Source of the DNA: Bdellovibrionota bacterium
Lineage (GTDB): Bacteria > Bdellovibrionota_C > UBA2361 > JBGSMV01
Assembly: GCA_044356455.1 (NCBI GenBank)
Contig: JBIKWF010000025.1
Span: 1-45,060, forward strand
DNA: 45,060 nt
Reading direction: 5' to 3'
Positions 1-9,081 of the stretch are shown piece by piece. Position 1 is the first letter of the stretch. Each line of letters begins with the position of its first letter. A model generated the notes under the pieces. It worked only from the letters and a program-made list of their open reading frames with translations. It was not told the DNA's origin and did no database searches. The position numbers were made by a program, and so were the translations under genes.

Positions 1-897
1 TTTCGCAAGGGCCTCTTCTGAGGGCAGCGATATCTCGAAGCGTGATTTAATCGAAGCACGCATCTCTTCGTAGCTTTCAAGACGCTCCCCAAGTCCCTGA
101 CGCACGGATTGTTCAAGAACAGCAAGAATAGCCTGAACATCCGCTTGAGAAACTACGTCCTCTAGCTTTCGCATAACCTCGCACTTTTCCTCGAGTGCTT
201 TGAGGAGACGAGAAAGGTCATCCGCTACCACCTCTGATGCATGGTTCTTCAAGGTTACTTCCTGAAGCATGCGAGTGACCGCAAGGCTCCGGACCAGCTC
301 AAGAAGTTGAGCCAGATGAGATTTCGTCTCGAGTACCTCTTCACCCCTGGGACTGTCGTGAAGGCCAACATGCGCTGAGGCAACTCGCTCCATCGCCTCC
401 TGCGCAGAGCACCCAATTCTTCCAGGAACGCCGAGCCTTTGGGCAAGCAAGAATCCAACCCCATGAGCGTAACACTCCCGAGCCTGAGCATGGAGGAGTT
501 CGCTAATGTCTTGCACCATAGAGAATTTTTCGGAAGCAACTTCTCTCGCTACGCGATGCGCGATGAGACCAATTTCTTTCCCCGCACTCTGTTCAATACG
601 CCCGCTAGAGTTCTCGCGGGCAAGGCTAAATATGCCGGCTGCCGCGTGAGGAACTATCGCTTCGTAATATTTGAGCGGTCTCTCAGCCTCAAAAGTTCGT
701 CCTGCAAAGATCTGGAATTCTCCCCTGGCCGGCACCACGTTCATTGAGCTGGTATGAAAACGGCCCATAAGCACGACCTGGAATCGGGCGGGTACTTTTG
801 ACCCGATGAGCTCGCCTAGCGCTCCAAGGTACTGCGAGACCGATGCTTTGAGAGAATGATAACGTTCCTGAGCGGAGGACACTGAGGAAGGTCGCAT
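1..897 (-). CDS. Hypothetical protein, partial (runs off the window start)
   Basis: Hand translation: the minus-strand frame is open from ATG 897 (possible upstream GTG starts at 1035/1131) to base 1 (MRPSSVSSAQERYHSLKAS...SLPSEEALAK). It is missing from the ORF track because it has no stop in the window. No motif recognised. Confidence 0.65.
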   Translation of the reverse strand, partial: MRPSSVSSAQERYHSLKASVSQYLGALGELIGSKVPARFQVVLMGRFHTSSMNVVPARGEFQIFAGRTFEAERPLKYYEAIVPHAAAGIFSLARENSSGRIEQSAGKEIGLIAHRVAREVASEKFSMVQDISELLHAQARECYAHGVGFLLAQRLGVPGRIGCSAQEAMERVASAHVGLHDSPRGEEVLETKSHLAQLLELVRSLAVTRMLQEVTLKNHASEVVADDLSRLLKALEEKCEVMRKLEDVVSQADVQAILAVLEQSVRQGLGERLESYEEMRASIKSRFEISLPSEEALAK

Positions 898-1324
898 CTT
901 TCGCTCACTTTGAGGCAGGTCCGAATGAGGAGGACTTAGCGACTCTGCCTTGCAAGATGGGACGAGCGAACGATCCTCTTGCGCGCCAGATACGCGCGAA
1001 GTACAGGGCCCAAATTGCTTAGTAGATGGGGACACTTTCTCACTTATCGATGTAAGGTTCCGTATTGAGTTATGCGAATTTCTCTTAGAATGTCGCCTAA
1101 GAAATCTCTGAAGAACTGTCACTTCGCGCACTCAGTATCGAACTGATAACGGTCCGATATTACAGGCGAATGGAAGAGATCGCGCATTATTTCTGAGGCC
1201 CAGACTCCCCACAAAAAACCTTCCCTTCCCTCTTTCGCCAGAAAACTTGGATCAACTCAAGTATTTGGACCTCCTTCATTAAGTGTGGCTGGAATATGCC
1301 GACTCCCTGTATGCGGAGTACTGT

Positions 1325-1642
1325 ATGCCCCAGATAAGAAAGAATGCCGAAGCCGGCCAAGTTGAATACATCGTTCTTTTAACACTCGCCGTGCTCGCCC
1401 TCATTCCATCAATTGGGATGCTCACAGGCTCAGTCGGCAATCATCTCTGTATTCATATACAAAACAAGTTTGTTGATGGAGAACCTCCCCTCGCTCAGGT
1501 CTTTGGAAACTCAGAACTCGCCAGCCAGCTGACTGACATAGGAGCAGTAATGTGTTTGAGTAGCTCAAATGGAACGAATGCGGACGAATTGCCCGACCCT
1601 CCAGGGGAAGAACTCGGCAACGCGGGAGATAACTTTCTTTAG
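1325..1642 (+). CDS. Flp/Tad pilin-like small protein
   Basis: ATG 1325 is preceded by GGAG. MPQIRKNAE-AGQVEY is followed by a hydrophobic helix (IVLLTLAVLALIPSIGML), matching the Flp E+5/Y+6 pattern, but the -1 residue is Glu rather than Gly. Confidence 0.55.
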   Translation: MPQIRKNAEAGQVEYIVLLTLAVLALIPSIGMLTGSVGNHLCIHIQNKFVDGEPPLAQVFGNSELASQLTDIGAVMCLSSSNGTNADELPDPPGEELGNAGDNFL

Positions 1643-1795
1643 GTCTCAAAAGTTCATAAAGACTCCGACCACCTTGGCCCTGGTGGTTTCTTAAGCCTGA
1701 CCTTTATTTGTGCGTGGGACCCGTGTCGCCGCCGAAGTTGGAAATCTCAAGAATACAAGGAGAATAAGCTCACCTCTAGGCTTTTCAGCCCTCCC

Positions 1796-2494
1796 TTAAC
1801 GCACAAAGCCCTTCGGCATGCGCACGACGATCAGAAGCTGCTCTCTTTCTTTGAGTCTCCTCGGAAGTTTGAAAGCAAGTGTCCCCTCACCCTCCCTCTT
1901 CATCTCCAAACCGGCGAGCGTGATCTCCTCATCTGATGCACCCTCCATGCTAAGGATCCTCGTTTCAACGCTCGCAGCCAACATGTACTCTGGCAAGCGC
2001 ACGACCGCTTCGACGCTTGAAAGCTCAAATGGCCAAGACCCTGTAACTGGGAAGAGAAAGAGGTCCGTATCCTTAGCCGAGGCAATCAGGCCCTGGGCAA
2101 CATACTGAAGCACCACAGCTCGCGGAGGAGAGCGAACGGAGAGCGGCACCGTAAGCGTAAAACAGGTCTTATTGGCAAATTTCTCAGTGCCTGCCACAAG
2201 CCGCGTCTTATCAACAAAAGCTCGCTGGAACACATACTCGGGATCTGCCTTTGCGAGAAGCTTCCCATAAGGCGAGAAACAGCGCCGGATTTCCGGCTCT
2301 AGCGGATCGCTTTTCTCTCCCAAACTCCACGTCTCAGTTATTACCGTGGAACCGTCCTTCTGTATGATCGCTTCCGAACCAAAAGCGAGAATGCGCGTTT
2401 TAGTTCGAGGCGCCGCCTCTGACATAAGAGGCAAAGATGCGACGAGTGCCGCAATAGACAGTCCAATGAACCGGGAGAAATTCAAATTTCGCAC
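1796..2494 (-). CDS. Exported DUF2207-like protein (soluble domain only)
   Basis: Signal peptide. Motifs IIQKDGSTVITETW and FPVTGSWPFELSSVEAVVRLP and the ending MPKGFV resemble the DUF2207 N-terminal domain. Confidence 0.6.
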   Translation of the reverse strand: MRNLNFSRFIGLSIAALVASLPLMSEAAPRTKTRILAFGSEAIIQKDGSTVITETWSLGEKSDPLEPEIRRCFSPYGKLLAKADPEYVFQRAFVDKTRLVAGTEKFANKTCFTLTVPLSVRSPPRAVVLQYVAQGLIASAKDTDLFLFPVTGSWPFELSSVEAVVRLPEYMLAASVETRILSMEGASDEEITLAGLEMKREGEGTLAFKLPRRLKEREQLLIVVRMPKGFVR

Positions 2495-2521
2495 AACAAC
2501 GAACTCGCCTCCGAAGGTCGT

Positions 2522-2947
2522 CTAAACGGTCCCGGGGCTCTTCCGCGGGAGATTATAGGAAAGCTCATGCGCAAGCGCCTTGCACGCATCCGTAGTGGTA
2601 AAAATTCCAACTACCTTTTCTCGATCATCCACAATCAGCGCTGAGCCGATACCGGTTTCTCCCATGTGCGCGGCCACTTCCCGCAAAGGCGTACTTTGGC
2701 CAACAGTATAGACCTCACTCTGACATGCGTCCCCGACGGGGAGCTTCGCAGCCTTCTCAGATTCAACGGCGTAGGCCAGCTTTAGATCTCTATCGCTCAA
2801 AATGCCGACGCAGCGCCCACCCTTAAGTACGGGCAAATGACGAACTCCAAAGTCGCACATCTGCCGCTTGGCCTGCTCGAGGGGTAAGTCGGCATTGATC
2901 GTATGCAGAGTTTTCGACATTACTTCTGAGATTGTTCGAATTGCCAT
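2522..2947 (-). CDS. CBS domain pair protein
   Basis: Two CBS repeats (VRHLPVL..VGILSDRD; SALIVD..VGIFTTTD). GAGGAG ribosome-binding site. Confidence 0.9.
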   Translation of the reverse strand: MAIRTISEVMSKTLHTINADLPLEQAKRQMCDFGVRHLPVLKGGRCVGILSDRDLKLAYAVESEKAAKLPVGDACQSEVYTVGQSTPLREVAAHMGETGIGSALIVDDREKVVGIFTTTDACKALAHELSYNLPRKSPGTV

Positions 2948-3155
2948 AGCACTCCTCTGAGTGGTTTTATTCGCCTCTCTCTACGCTATCGCTATGCGAC
3001 AAAAGATCCAAGCACCAAACCCAAAGCCACTTTGCTATGTTGAATAATCTACTGAAGCTTTGGCTGCCACCCCCAGCATCCCCTACCCAGGCGACCCGCC
3101 AGCAACGCAGGCTGAGTACGGTCATGGTCGAGGATCAATAGCTCGGGGATGCTAG

Positions 3156-3285
3156 GGAACCTCTGAAAGACCTCCTTTCTTAATACACCTCTGTGTACCT
3201 CCGTGTCCTCTGTGGTGAATTCCTTGATGAAAATTTCACCACAGAGGACGCAGAGGCCCACAGAGGTAAGTTTTTCAGAGGTTCC
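3156..3285. mobile_element. 130-bp MITE-like hairpin element, family A copy 1
   Basis: Perfect 13-bp terminal inverted repeats GGAACCTCTGAAA...TTTCAGAGGTTCC, CTAG on both sides (3152-3155, 3286-3289), and internal inverted arms of CTCTGTGNN units. Confidence 0.85.
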
Positions 3286-3289
3286 CTAG

Positions 3290-3411
3290 AGGCTCAGAAG
3301 AAGCCAGCTCTTTGATTTCTCTGCCCTCTGTGCTTGATTCGAATTGGGTAAAACCAGTGAGCACTCAGAGATCTCAGAGAAAGAGTCGAATTTCGATTTT
3401 TTAGGTACCTC
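3290..3411. mobile_element. Decayed family A copy abutting copy 1
   Basis: CTCTTTGAT-TTCTCTGCC-CTCTGTGCT-TGATTCGAATTGGGTAAA-ACCAGTGAG-CACTCAGAG-ATCTCAGAG aligns co-linearly with the 11151-11278 copy. The ends are eroded. Confidence 0.65.
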
Positions 3412-3430
3412 CGTTACATCATCAAAGGTT

Positions 3431-5305
3431 ATGACCGATTCCTCGCATGCCCCTAGTCACCAAATTGCCCCATGGTACCGAACAAGCCAGGGTCTCATTG
3501 CAATCCTTGCCGCATCCGCCATCGCCCTATCCATCAGCGCAAACTTTTTCGACTTAGGAAGTTTACTTGTTATCTCCCCCTTGCTTGTTGCCTACGTGTT
3601 CGGCGGCCTGCCTCTTCTCTATGCCCTGCTACGTAAAGCTCTTAAGGGGGAATTTGGGTCTGACCTCCTGGCCGGAATTTCTATCATTACGGCAGCGCTC
3701 TTGGACCAACACCTCGCGGGTGTATTTGTCATCCTCATGCTCTCTGGAGGTGAGGCCATCGAGAACTACGCCATGCGGCGCGCGTCTTCTGTGCTTGACG
3801 CCTTATCAAGGCGCATGCCACATGCCGCGCGGCGGCGCTTGAATGGGGTGTCGAAGGAGATACCCCTGGGGCAAGTGAAGATCGGCGATCTACTTGAGGT
3901 CCCTCCCCACGACATCTGTCCCGTGGATGGCGTAGTGAAAGAGGGCAACGGTTCAATGGACGAGTCATACCTTACCGGAGAGCCATTCCAAATTCGCAAG
4001 GCTCCTGGGAGCTTGGTCTTATCGGGATCAATAAATGGGGAGTCGCTGCTCCTTATAGAGGCTACCATACTGCCGGTAGACTCTCGTTATCAGAAGATTG
4101 CAAAGGTCATCGAATCCCAGGCGAGCAAACAAGTCCCCATGCGCAGACTCGGGGACGCACTTGGGGCCTGGTACACTCCTCTTGCTCTTATCATTGCGTC
4201 CCTCGCCTGGTTCCTTTCGGGCGAAGCGCATCGATTTCTTGCGGTACTTGTAGTCGCGACCCCCTGCCCTCTGCTCATTGCAATTCCAGTGGCAATCATC
4301 GGCGCGATCTCTGATGCAGCTAGGCGGGGAATTATCATTAAGAATCCTGCGGCGCTTGAAACTCTTACCCGCTGCACCACGATGATTCTGGATAAAACAG
4401 GAACCCTTACCTATGGAAAGCCCGGGGTTACCTCTCTTGAGTGCACTGCAGGACACTCAGAGGATGATGTCCTTAGGCTCGTGGGCGCCGTGGAAGCCTA
4501 TTCAAAACATCCTCTCGCTGAGGCCGTAGTTACCGCGGCAAAAGCAAAGTTTTCCACCCTTCCCCCCATTACTTCAATCACCGAGCTCCCGGGCAAGGGG
4601 CTTACGGGAGAATGCGAAGGGAAAACTATCGTAGTGACTGGCCGGGGATCTGCTATCAAACAAGGCATCGCCTTGCCCCCACCTCAACCCGGGCTTGAAT
4701 GTGTCGTGCTTATCGACCATGTCTTTGCCGCAGTCATTCATTTCGAAGATCTACCCCGCCTTGAAAGCCGTGGATTTGTCGATCATCTCGCTCCCTATCA
4801 CGGCATTACAAAGGTCATGATCATGTCCGGCGACCGAGATGCCGAGGTGCAGCATCTCGGGAAACTCGTCGGCATCACCGACGTGCAAGGGGGGCTCGCC
4901 CCCGAAGAGAAGCTGCATCGAGTTATTGCCGAAACAAAACGTGCCCCTACGCTCTACATTGGCGACGGCATCAATGATGCTCCCGCTCTGCAAGCAGCCA
5001 CCGTCGGAGTAGCTCTCGGCACTAAAAGTGACATCACCTCCGAAGCTTCGGATGCGGTAATCCTTGACCAATCACTTGAACGTGTGGACGATCTGATACA
5101 CATCGCAAGACGCATGCGGCGCATTGCTCTGCAAAGCGCGATTGGCGGGATGGGGCTTAGTGTTCTTGGCATGGGCGCCGCAAGTATTGGACTTCTTACC
5201 CCGCTTGCAGGCGCTATTACTCAAGAGTGTATTGATGTACTTGCCGTTTTAAATGCACTTCGCACGGCGAGCACAGATAAAAGCGATCGCGACTCCTTCC
5301 ACTAG
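3431..5305 (+). CDS. Heavy-metal P-type ATPase, P1B-5 subtype
   Basis: TGE, DKTGT, HP and GDGINDAP motifs. P1B-5 signatures TPCP, Q-x4-G-x3-S (QSAIGGMGLS) and P-x6-QE-x2-D-x5-N (PLAGAITQECIDVLAVLN). Start moved to ATG 3431 because the upstream extension reads through the decayed repeat. Confidence 0.92.
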   Translation: MTDSSHAPSHQIAPWYRTSQGLIAILAASAIALSISANFFDLGSLLVISPLLVAYVFGGLPLLYALLRKALKGEFGSDLLAGISIITAALLDQHLAGVFVILMLSGGEAIENYAMRRASSVLDALSRRMPHAARRRLNGVSKEIPLGQVKIGDLLEVPPHDICPVDGVVKEGNGSMDESYLTGEPFQIRKAPGSLVLSGSINGESLLLIEATILPVDSRYQKIAKVIESQASKQVPMRRLGDALGAWYTPLALIIASLAWFLSGEAHRFLAVLVVATPCPLLIAIPVAIIGAISDAARRGIIIKNPAALETLTRCTTMILDKTGTLTYGKPGVTSLECTAGHSEDDVLRLVGAVEAYSKHPLAEAVVTAAKAKFSTLPPITSITELPGKGLTGECEGKTIVVTGRGSAIKQGIALPPPQPGLECVVLIDHVFAAVIHFEDLPRLESRGFVDHLAPYHGITKVMIMSGDRDAEVQHLGKLVGITDVQGGLAPEEKLHRVIAETKRAPTLYIGDGINDAPALQAATVGVALGTKSDITSEASDAVILDQSLERVDDLIHIARRMRRIALQSAIGGMGLSVLGMGAASIGLLTPLAGAITQECIDVLAVLNALRTASTDKSDRDSFH

Positions 5306-5312
5306 CTGCCTA

Positions 5313-6644
5313 CTACTTCTTTTTTGCCGATTCCCTAAAGGCGCGCATCTCACGAAGCTTCTCTGAAAATATCTTCTCCACGCCACGATCAGAGGGCTCA
5401 TAGAATTGTTCTCCCTGCAGCTCCTCAGGAAGATAGTGAACTCCTAAGGCCACTCCGTCCTTTGCGTCATGCGGATATTGATATCCCTCGGAGTACCCAA
5501 GATCCTTCATGAGCTGCGTTGGTGCATTTCTAAGATGCATCGGCACCGCAATTTTCTTATTCTGTGCAATTATCGAAACTACCTTTTTCATGGCGGAGTA
5601 GCTGCGGTTCGACTTGGGCGCACACGCCAAATAGGTAATGCACTGGGCGAGCGGGATTTTACCTTCCGGAAGTCCAAGTTTTTCGAACGCCTCGCTCGTA
5701 GAGACGGCAAGCTGCAGCGCGCGGGGGTCTGCATTGCCGATATCCTCGCTCGCAAAGATAATCATGCGCCGCGCGATGAATCGCGGATCCTCTCCCGACT
5801 CAATCATGCGAAAGCCCCAGTAGAGGGCCGCGTCAGGATCTGAGCCACGCATGCTTTTAATAAAAGCAGACACCATGTTGTAGTGCTCTTCGCCCGATCG
5901 GTCGTAGTAGGCTTGTCCCGATCCGCGAAGATATTCGGTGAGCATGGCCTGCGTGAGAAGATTCTTTTCGCCGCCAACCACTCCGCTGGTAACAAGGCCC
6001 TCAATGGTATTAAGAAGCTGCCTCGCGTCCCCCCCGCACAGCTGCTCAAGCACTTCTGCAACCCCCGCCTCCAAAGCGACTCCAAGTGCCTTCGCGCCCC
6101 GCTCTGCTACCTGCGCCAGCTCACTCGCGGTAAGCCCCTTGAGCACCACCACCCGCGCCCGAGAACGAAGGGCGTTGGTCAGGTAGAAAGAGGGGTTCTC
6201 AGTAGTCGCTCCAATCAATACAAACGTGCCATTTTCAACATGAGGCAAAAACGCATCCTGCTGCCCCTTATTGAGCCGGTGTATTTCATCAACAAAGAGG
6301 ATGGTCGCGCCGCTGTAAGAGCTCGCACGCTCTGCTATCTCGCGGATCTCTTTTACTCCAACAAGCACCGCCGAAACTTCCACAAAACTAGCGGAGAACG
6401 ATTTACCTATCAGACGGGCAAGCGTGGTCTTGCCTGACCCGGGCGGGCCCCAAAGAATAAGTGAAGGCGGACGCCCCTGGCCCGCGCGAAGCTGCGCAAT
6501 AAGGCGTGGGTCTATCGCCTGGAGCCCTTCGAACTCGTCCCACGCTTTGGGCCTAAGTTGCTCCGCAAGCGGGGCATGTTTGTGTGGCACACGCTCCGAA
6601 ACGGGCTGATTCGGAAAGAGCTCTACGTTTTTCCCCACAAACAA
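5313..6644 (-). CDS. rarA: Replication-associated recombination protein A (RarA/MgsA AAA+ ATPase)
   Basis: PLAEQLRP, Walker A GPPGSGKT, DEIHR, ATTENPSF, SAFIKSMRGSDPDAA, ASEDIGNADP. Confidence 0.95.
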   Translation of the reverse strand: MFVGKNVELFPNQPVSERVPHKHAPLAEQLRPKAWDEFEGLQAIDPRLIAQLRAGQGRPPSLILWGPPGSGKTTLARLIGKSFSASFVEVSAVLVGVKEIREIAERASSYSGATILFVDEIHRLNKGQQDAFLPHVENGTFVLIGATTENPSFYLTNALRSRARVVVLKGLTASELAQVAERGAKALGVALEAGVAEVLEQLCGGDARQLLNTIEGLVTSGVVGGEKNLLTQAMLTEYLRGSGQAYYDRSGEEHYNMVSAFIKSMRGSDPDAALYWGFRMIESGEDPRFIARRMIIFASEDIGNADPRALQLAVSTSEAFEKLGLPEGKIPLAQCITYLACAPKSNRSYSAMKKVVSIIAQNKKIAVPMHLRNAPTQLMKDLGYSEGYQYPHDAKDGVALGVHYLPEELQGEQFYEPSDRGVEKIFSEKLREMRAFRESAKKK

Positions 6645-6660
6645 CCCACCCCTTTCTTGG

Positions 6661-8043
6661 TTACTTCGAAAACTCAGTCAGCATGGAACAGGCATACAGA
6701 AAGCCAAGCCTAAACTGACTAATCGCAAAGGATTCATTGGGCGCGTGAATCTTGTCCTCTTCAAGTCCAAATCCCACGAGCAAAGGCCGAGCCCCCGAAA
6801 GTTTCGCAAGCTCAGCTACAATCGGAATAGACCCCCCTTCCCACGTGAATTGAGCGGGAACCGGAGACAAGGTATCGAGTACGGCACGCGCACGTTGCAC
6901 AAGAGGATCCGCGCTGCTGAGGGCGAGAGCAGGCCCTCCCACATGGCTAGCTACTACTTTAAACTCGAGCCCCTTCGGCGCATGTTTCTTGAGGTGATCA
7001 AGAATAAGCTGCAAGCAGCGCTCAGGATTTTGGCGTGAGACGAGGCGCGACGTGAGCTTCGCGGTTGCAACCGAAGGAATAATCGTCTTCCCACCAGGTC
7101 CCTGGTACCCAGAATACATGCCATTCACTTCAATAGTGGGCCGAAAGCCGCGCCGCTCAGGAGCTGAATAAGTAACTTCACCACCAACCGGGGGAACTCC
7201 TAACATCTTGGTGATAATTTCTTCGGCAGGCCAACTGCGGTTAGCAAGCGCTTTATCCTCCGCTGAAAAATCCGTAACCTCATCGTAATAACCCTCAACG
7301 GCGATACTCCCATCTGCCTTATGCAAGGAGGCAATGAGGCGTGCGAGTTCTGTTGCTGGATTTTTCACCACGCCGCCTAGAGCTCCCGAGTGCAAGTCGT
7401 GGTGAATGCCACCCAGGGTTACTTCAAGGGACACCAAACCTCTCAGGCCCATAGTGACGAACGGAACCCCGGGCACCAGGGCTCCAGTATCACAAACCAT
7501 AAGAACATCTGCCTGAATCAGATCCTTCCAGCCTGGAAGTGCCTGCCCAAACCCTTCACTTCCACATTCTTCCTCTCCCTCAAGCAGAAGCGTCACGGAA
7601 GCGTTAAGCTCTCCGCGCGCGATGAGGGTCTCAAGAGCTTTGAGCACGTAGAAAGTCTGGCCTTTATTGTCTTGAGCACCACGGGCATAGAGGCGCCCAT
7701 CCCGGATTTGAGGGGCAAAAGGCTCGCTCACCCAGTCCTCAAGTGGATCAACTGGCTGCACGTCGTAATGGCCATAATAAAGGACGCGGGTAGCGCCTGG
7801 TTTCCCTTTGAACTCAGCGAACACCGTGGGCTTCGAAGGAGTCTCAAGCAGCCGCGCCGAAAAGCCAATCTTGGTAAGATGCCCAACGAGCCACTCTGCG
7901 GTCTTTCTACAGTCGGAATTAAAGGCTGGGTCGGTGCTTATGCTCTTAAATCGCAGTAGCTCACACCACTCCTCAACAAACCTCGCTTGCTGGCGGTCAA
8001 AAATTTCGGAGAAGATGCCGAGTTTGTTTGAGGTAGGGGCCAT
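6661..8043 (-). CDS. M20-family metallo-dipeptidase
   Basis: YGHYDVQP, ARGAQDNKG, EGEEECGS, DLHSG and HAPNE metal-binding motifs. Confidence 0.92.
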   Translation of the reverse strand: MAPTSNKLGIFSEIFDRQQARFVEEWCELLRFKSISTDPAFNSDCRKTAEWLVGHLTKIGFSARLLETPSKPTVFAEFKGKPGATRVLYYGHYDVQPVDPLEDWVSEPFAPQIRDGRLYARGAQDNKGQTFYVLKALETLIARGELNASVTLLLEGEEECGSEGFGQALPGWKDLIQADVLMVCDTGALVPGVPFVTMGLRGLVSLEVTLGGIHHDLHSGALGGVVKNPATELARLIASLHKADGSIAVEGYYDEVTDFSAEDKALANRSWPAEEIITKMLGVPPVGGEVTYSAPERRGFRPTIEVNGMYSGYQGPGGKTIIPSVATAKLTSRLVSRQNPERCLQLILDHLKKHAPKGLEFKVVASHVGGPALALSSADPLVQRARAVLDTLSPVPAQFTWEGGSIPIVAELAKLSGARPLLVGFGLEEDKIHAPNESFAISQFRLGFLYACSMLTEFSK

Positions 8044-8085
8044 AGATGCACCTTTTATAGGTAAAGAACCCGTACATAACCTACC

Positions 8086-8153
8086 CTTGGTGGTCTTAGT
8101 GTTCTTAGTGGTTGTTCCCCAAAACTACCACCAAGAACACTAAGACCACTAAG
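8086..8153. repeat. Naked 9-bp-periodic hairpin, family B copy 1
   Basis: CTTGGTGGT-CTTAGTGTT-CTTAGTGGT ... ACCACCAAG-AACACTAAG-ACCACTAAG inverted arms. Confidence 0.85.
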
Positions 8154-8320
8154 AGGAGAAAAATTCTACGCACCTTCGAGGGGGGGCGTAAGGGCTTCCG
8201 CTATCAGAATCTGCTGCTTCTTGTGTTGCGCTCTCAGCAGGGTCCGTTTAAAACATAAAAAGGCTACTATATCCGCGCATAAACTGCGACTTGTAATAGA
8301 TACTGAGCGAGAACCCCCAT

Positions 8321-8899
8321 ATGTATTCTATCCGAAAAACCACCCCCTCCCGGCCCATGTCAATCCTGGCTAGAGCCCTTTCTTTGGCCCCAGCTCTTTC
8401 TTTCGCCCTGACGCTCGCATTTGCATTTTCGGGCTGCTCGTCGACCACTTCCTCCGACACAGGCGCCGATGCGGGACTTTCAGAATCTGCCCTTAACGCG
8501 GACCGAGAGGCGCGCTTTGGTGAAGGGGGCATTCCTACTGCCGAGAGCGGTGGAATATTCCGGGACATTAGCTTTGACTTTGATTCTTCGTCCCTCAATT
8601 CTTCTGGCCGCCAGAACGCCGAGTTCAACGCCGAGGTACTTCGCGAGAACTCTGACGTAAAAGTAGTGCTCGAAGGCCACGCGGATGAGCGCGGCACGGC
8701 TGAGTACAACTTGGCCCTTGGAGCTGAGAGAGCGCGGGCGGTCAAAGAAGTCCTCACCTCACTAGGAATCCCAGCAAGCCGCCTAGAAACGGTGAGCTAC
8801 GGAGAAGAGGTACCCCTTGATTCCGGACATGACGAAAGTGCCTGGGCCCAGAACCGCCGCGTACACTTCTCTGGGTATAGCGAAAAGACAAAACGCTAA
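8321..8899 (+). CDS. pal: Peptidoglycan-associated lipoprotein (OmpA-like domain)
   Basis: Lipobox FSGC, FDFDSSSL, EGHADERGTAEYNLALGAERA, SYGEE, NRRV. The start could be the later ATG (MSILAR). Confidence 0.9.
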   Translation: MYSIRKTTPSRPMSILARALSLAPALSFALTLAFAFSGCSSTTSSDTGADAGLSESALNADREARFGEGGIPTAESGGIFRDISFDFDSSSLNSSGRQNAEFNAEVLRENSDVKVVLEGHADERGTAEYNLALGAERARAVKEVLTSLGIPASRLETVSYGEEVPLDSGHDESAWAQNRRVHFSGYSEKTKR

Positions 8900-8908
8900 A
8901 ATGCCCCC

Positions 8909-8963
8909 CTTGGTGGTCTTAGTGGTTTTAAGAACAACCACTAAGACCACAGAGACCACTAAG
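8909..8963. repeat. Naked 9-bp-periodic hairpin, family B copy 2
   Basis: CTTGGTGGT-CTTAGTGGT ... ACCACTAAG-ACCACAGAG-ACCACTAAG, starting about 10 bp after the pal stop. Confidence 0.8.
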
Positions 8964-9010
8964 GATTTTCTCTGTCAAAAACTAGCGCTTTTTGGCCTTG
9001 TTTCGCGCAT

Positions 9011-9039
9011 TTGCATCAGTTTCCCACGATCGCTATACT
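9011..9039 (+). promoter_or_regulatory. Sigma70-type promoter for dxs
   Basis: TTGCAT-17 bp-TATACT upstream of ATG 9082. Confidence 0.6.
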
Positions 9040-9081
9040 CAAGCGTCGTTCTAACTTTTGGAACTGATGTAGCAATTCCTT

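Noticed and set aside
255..747. Track ORFs 255-539 (-) and 439-747 (+)
   Set aside because: Both overlap a longer uninterrupted minus-strand frame (897 to beyond base 1) that better explains the region.
1668..1692. ACCACC/GGTGGT stem after the Flp-like gene as a terminator
   Set aside because: Only a 6-bp stem with a weak U tract, too little to call.
3049..3261. Short ORFs with TTEDTEVHRG, LCVLCGE or TTKNTE peptides (also 10921-11238, 11644-12288, 17085-17312, 30549-30914, 30846-31181)
   Set aside because: They are translations of the 9-bp-periodic repeat elements, so their similarity is explained by the DNA repeat.
3344..3430. N-terminal extension of the P-type ATPase from TTG 3344
   Set aside because: It lies in the decayed repeat copy. 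ATG 3431 is the more plausible start.
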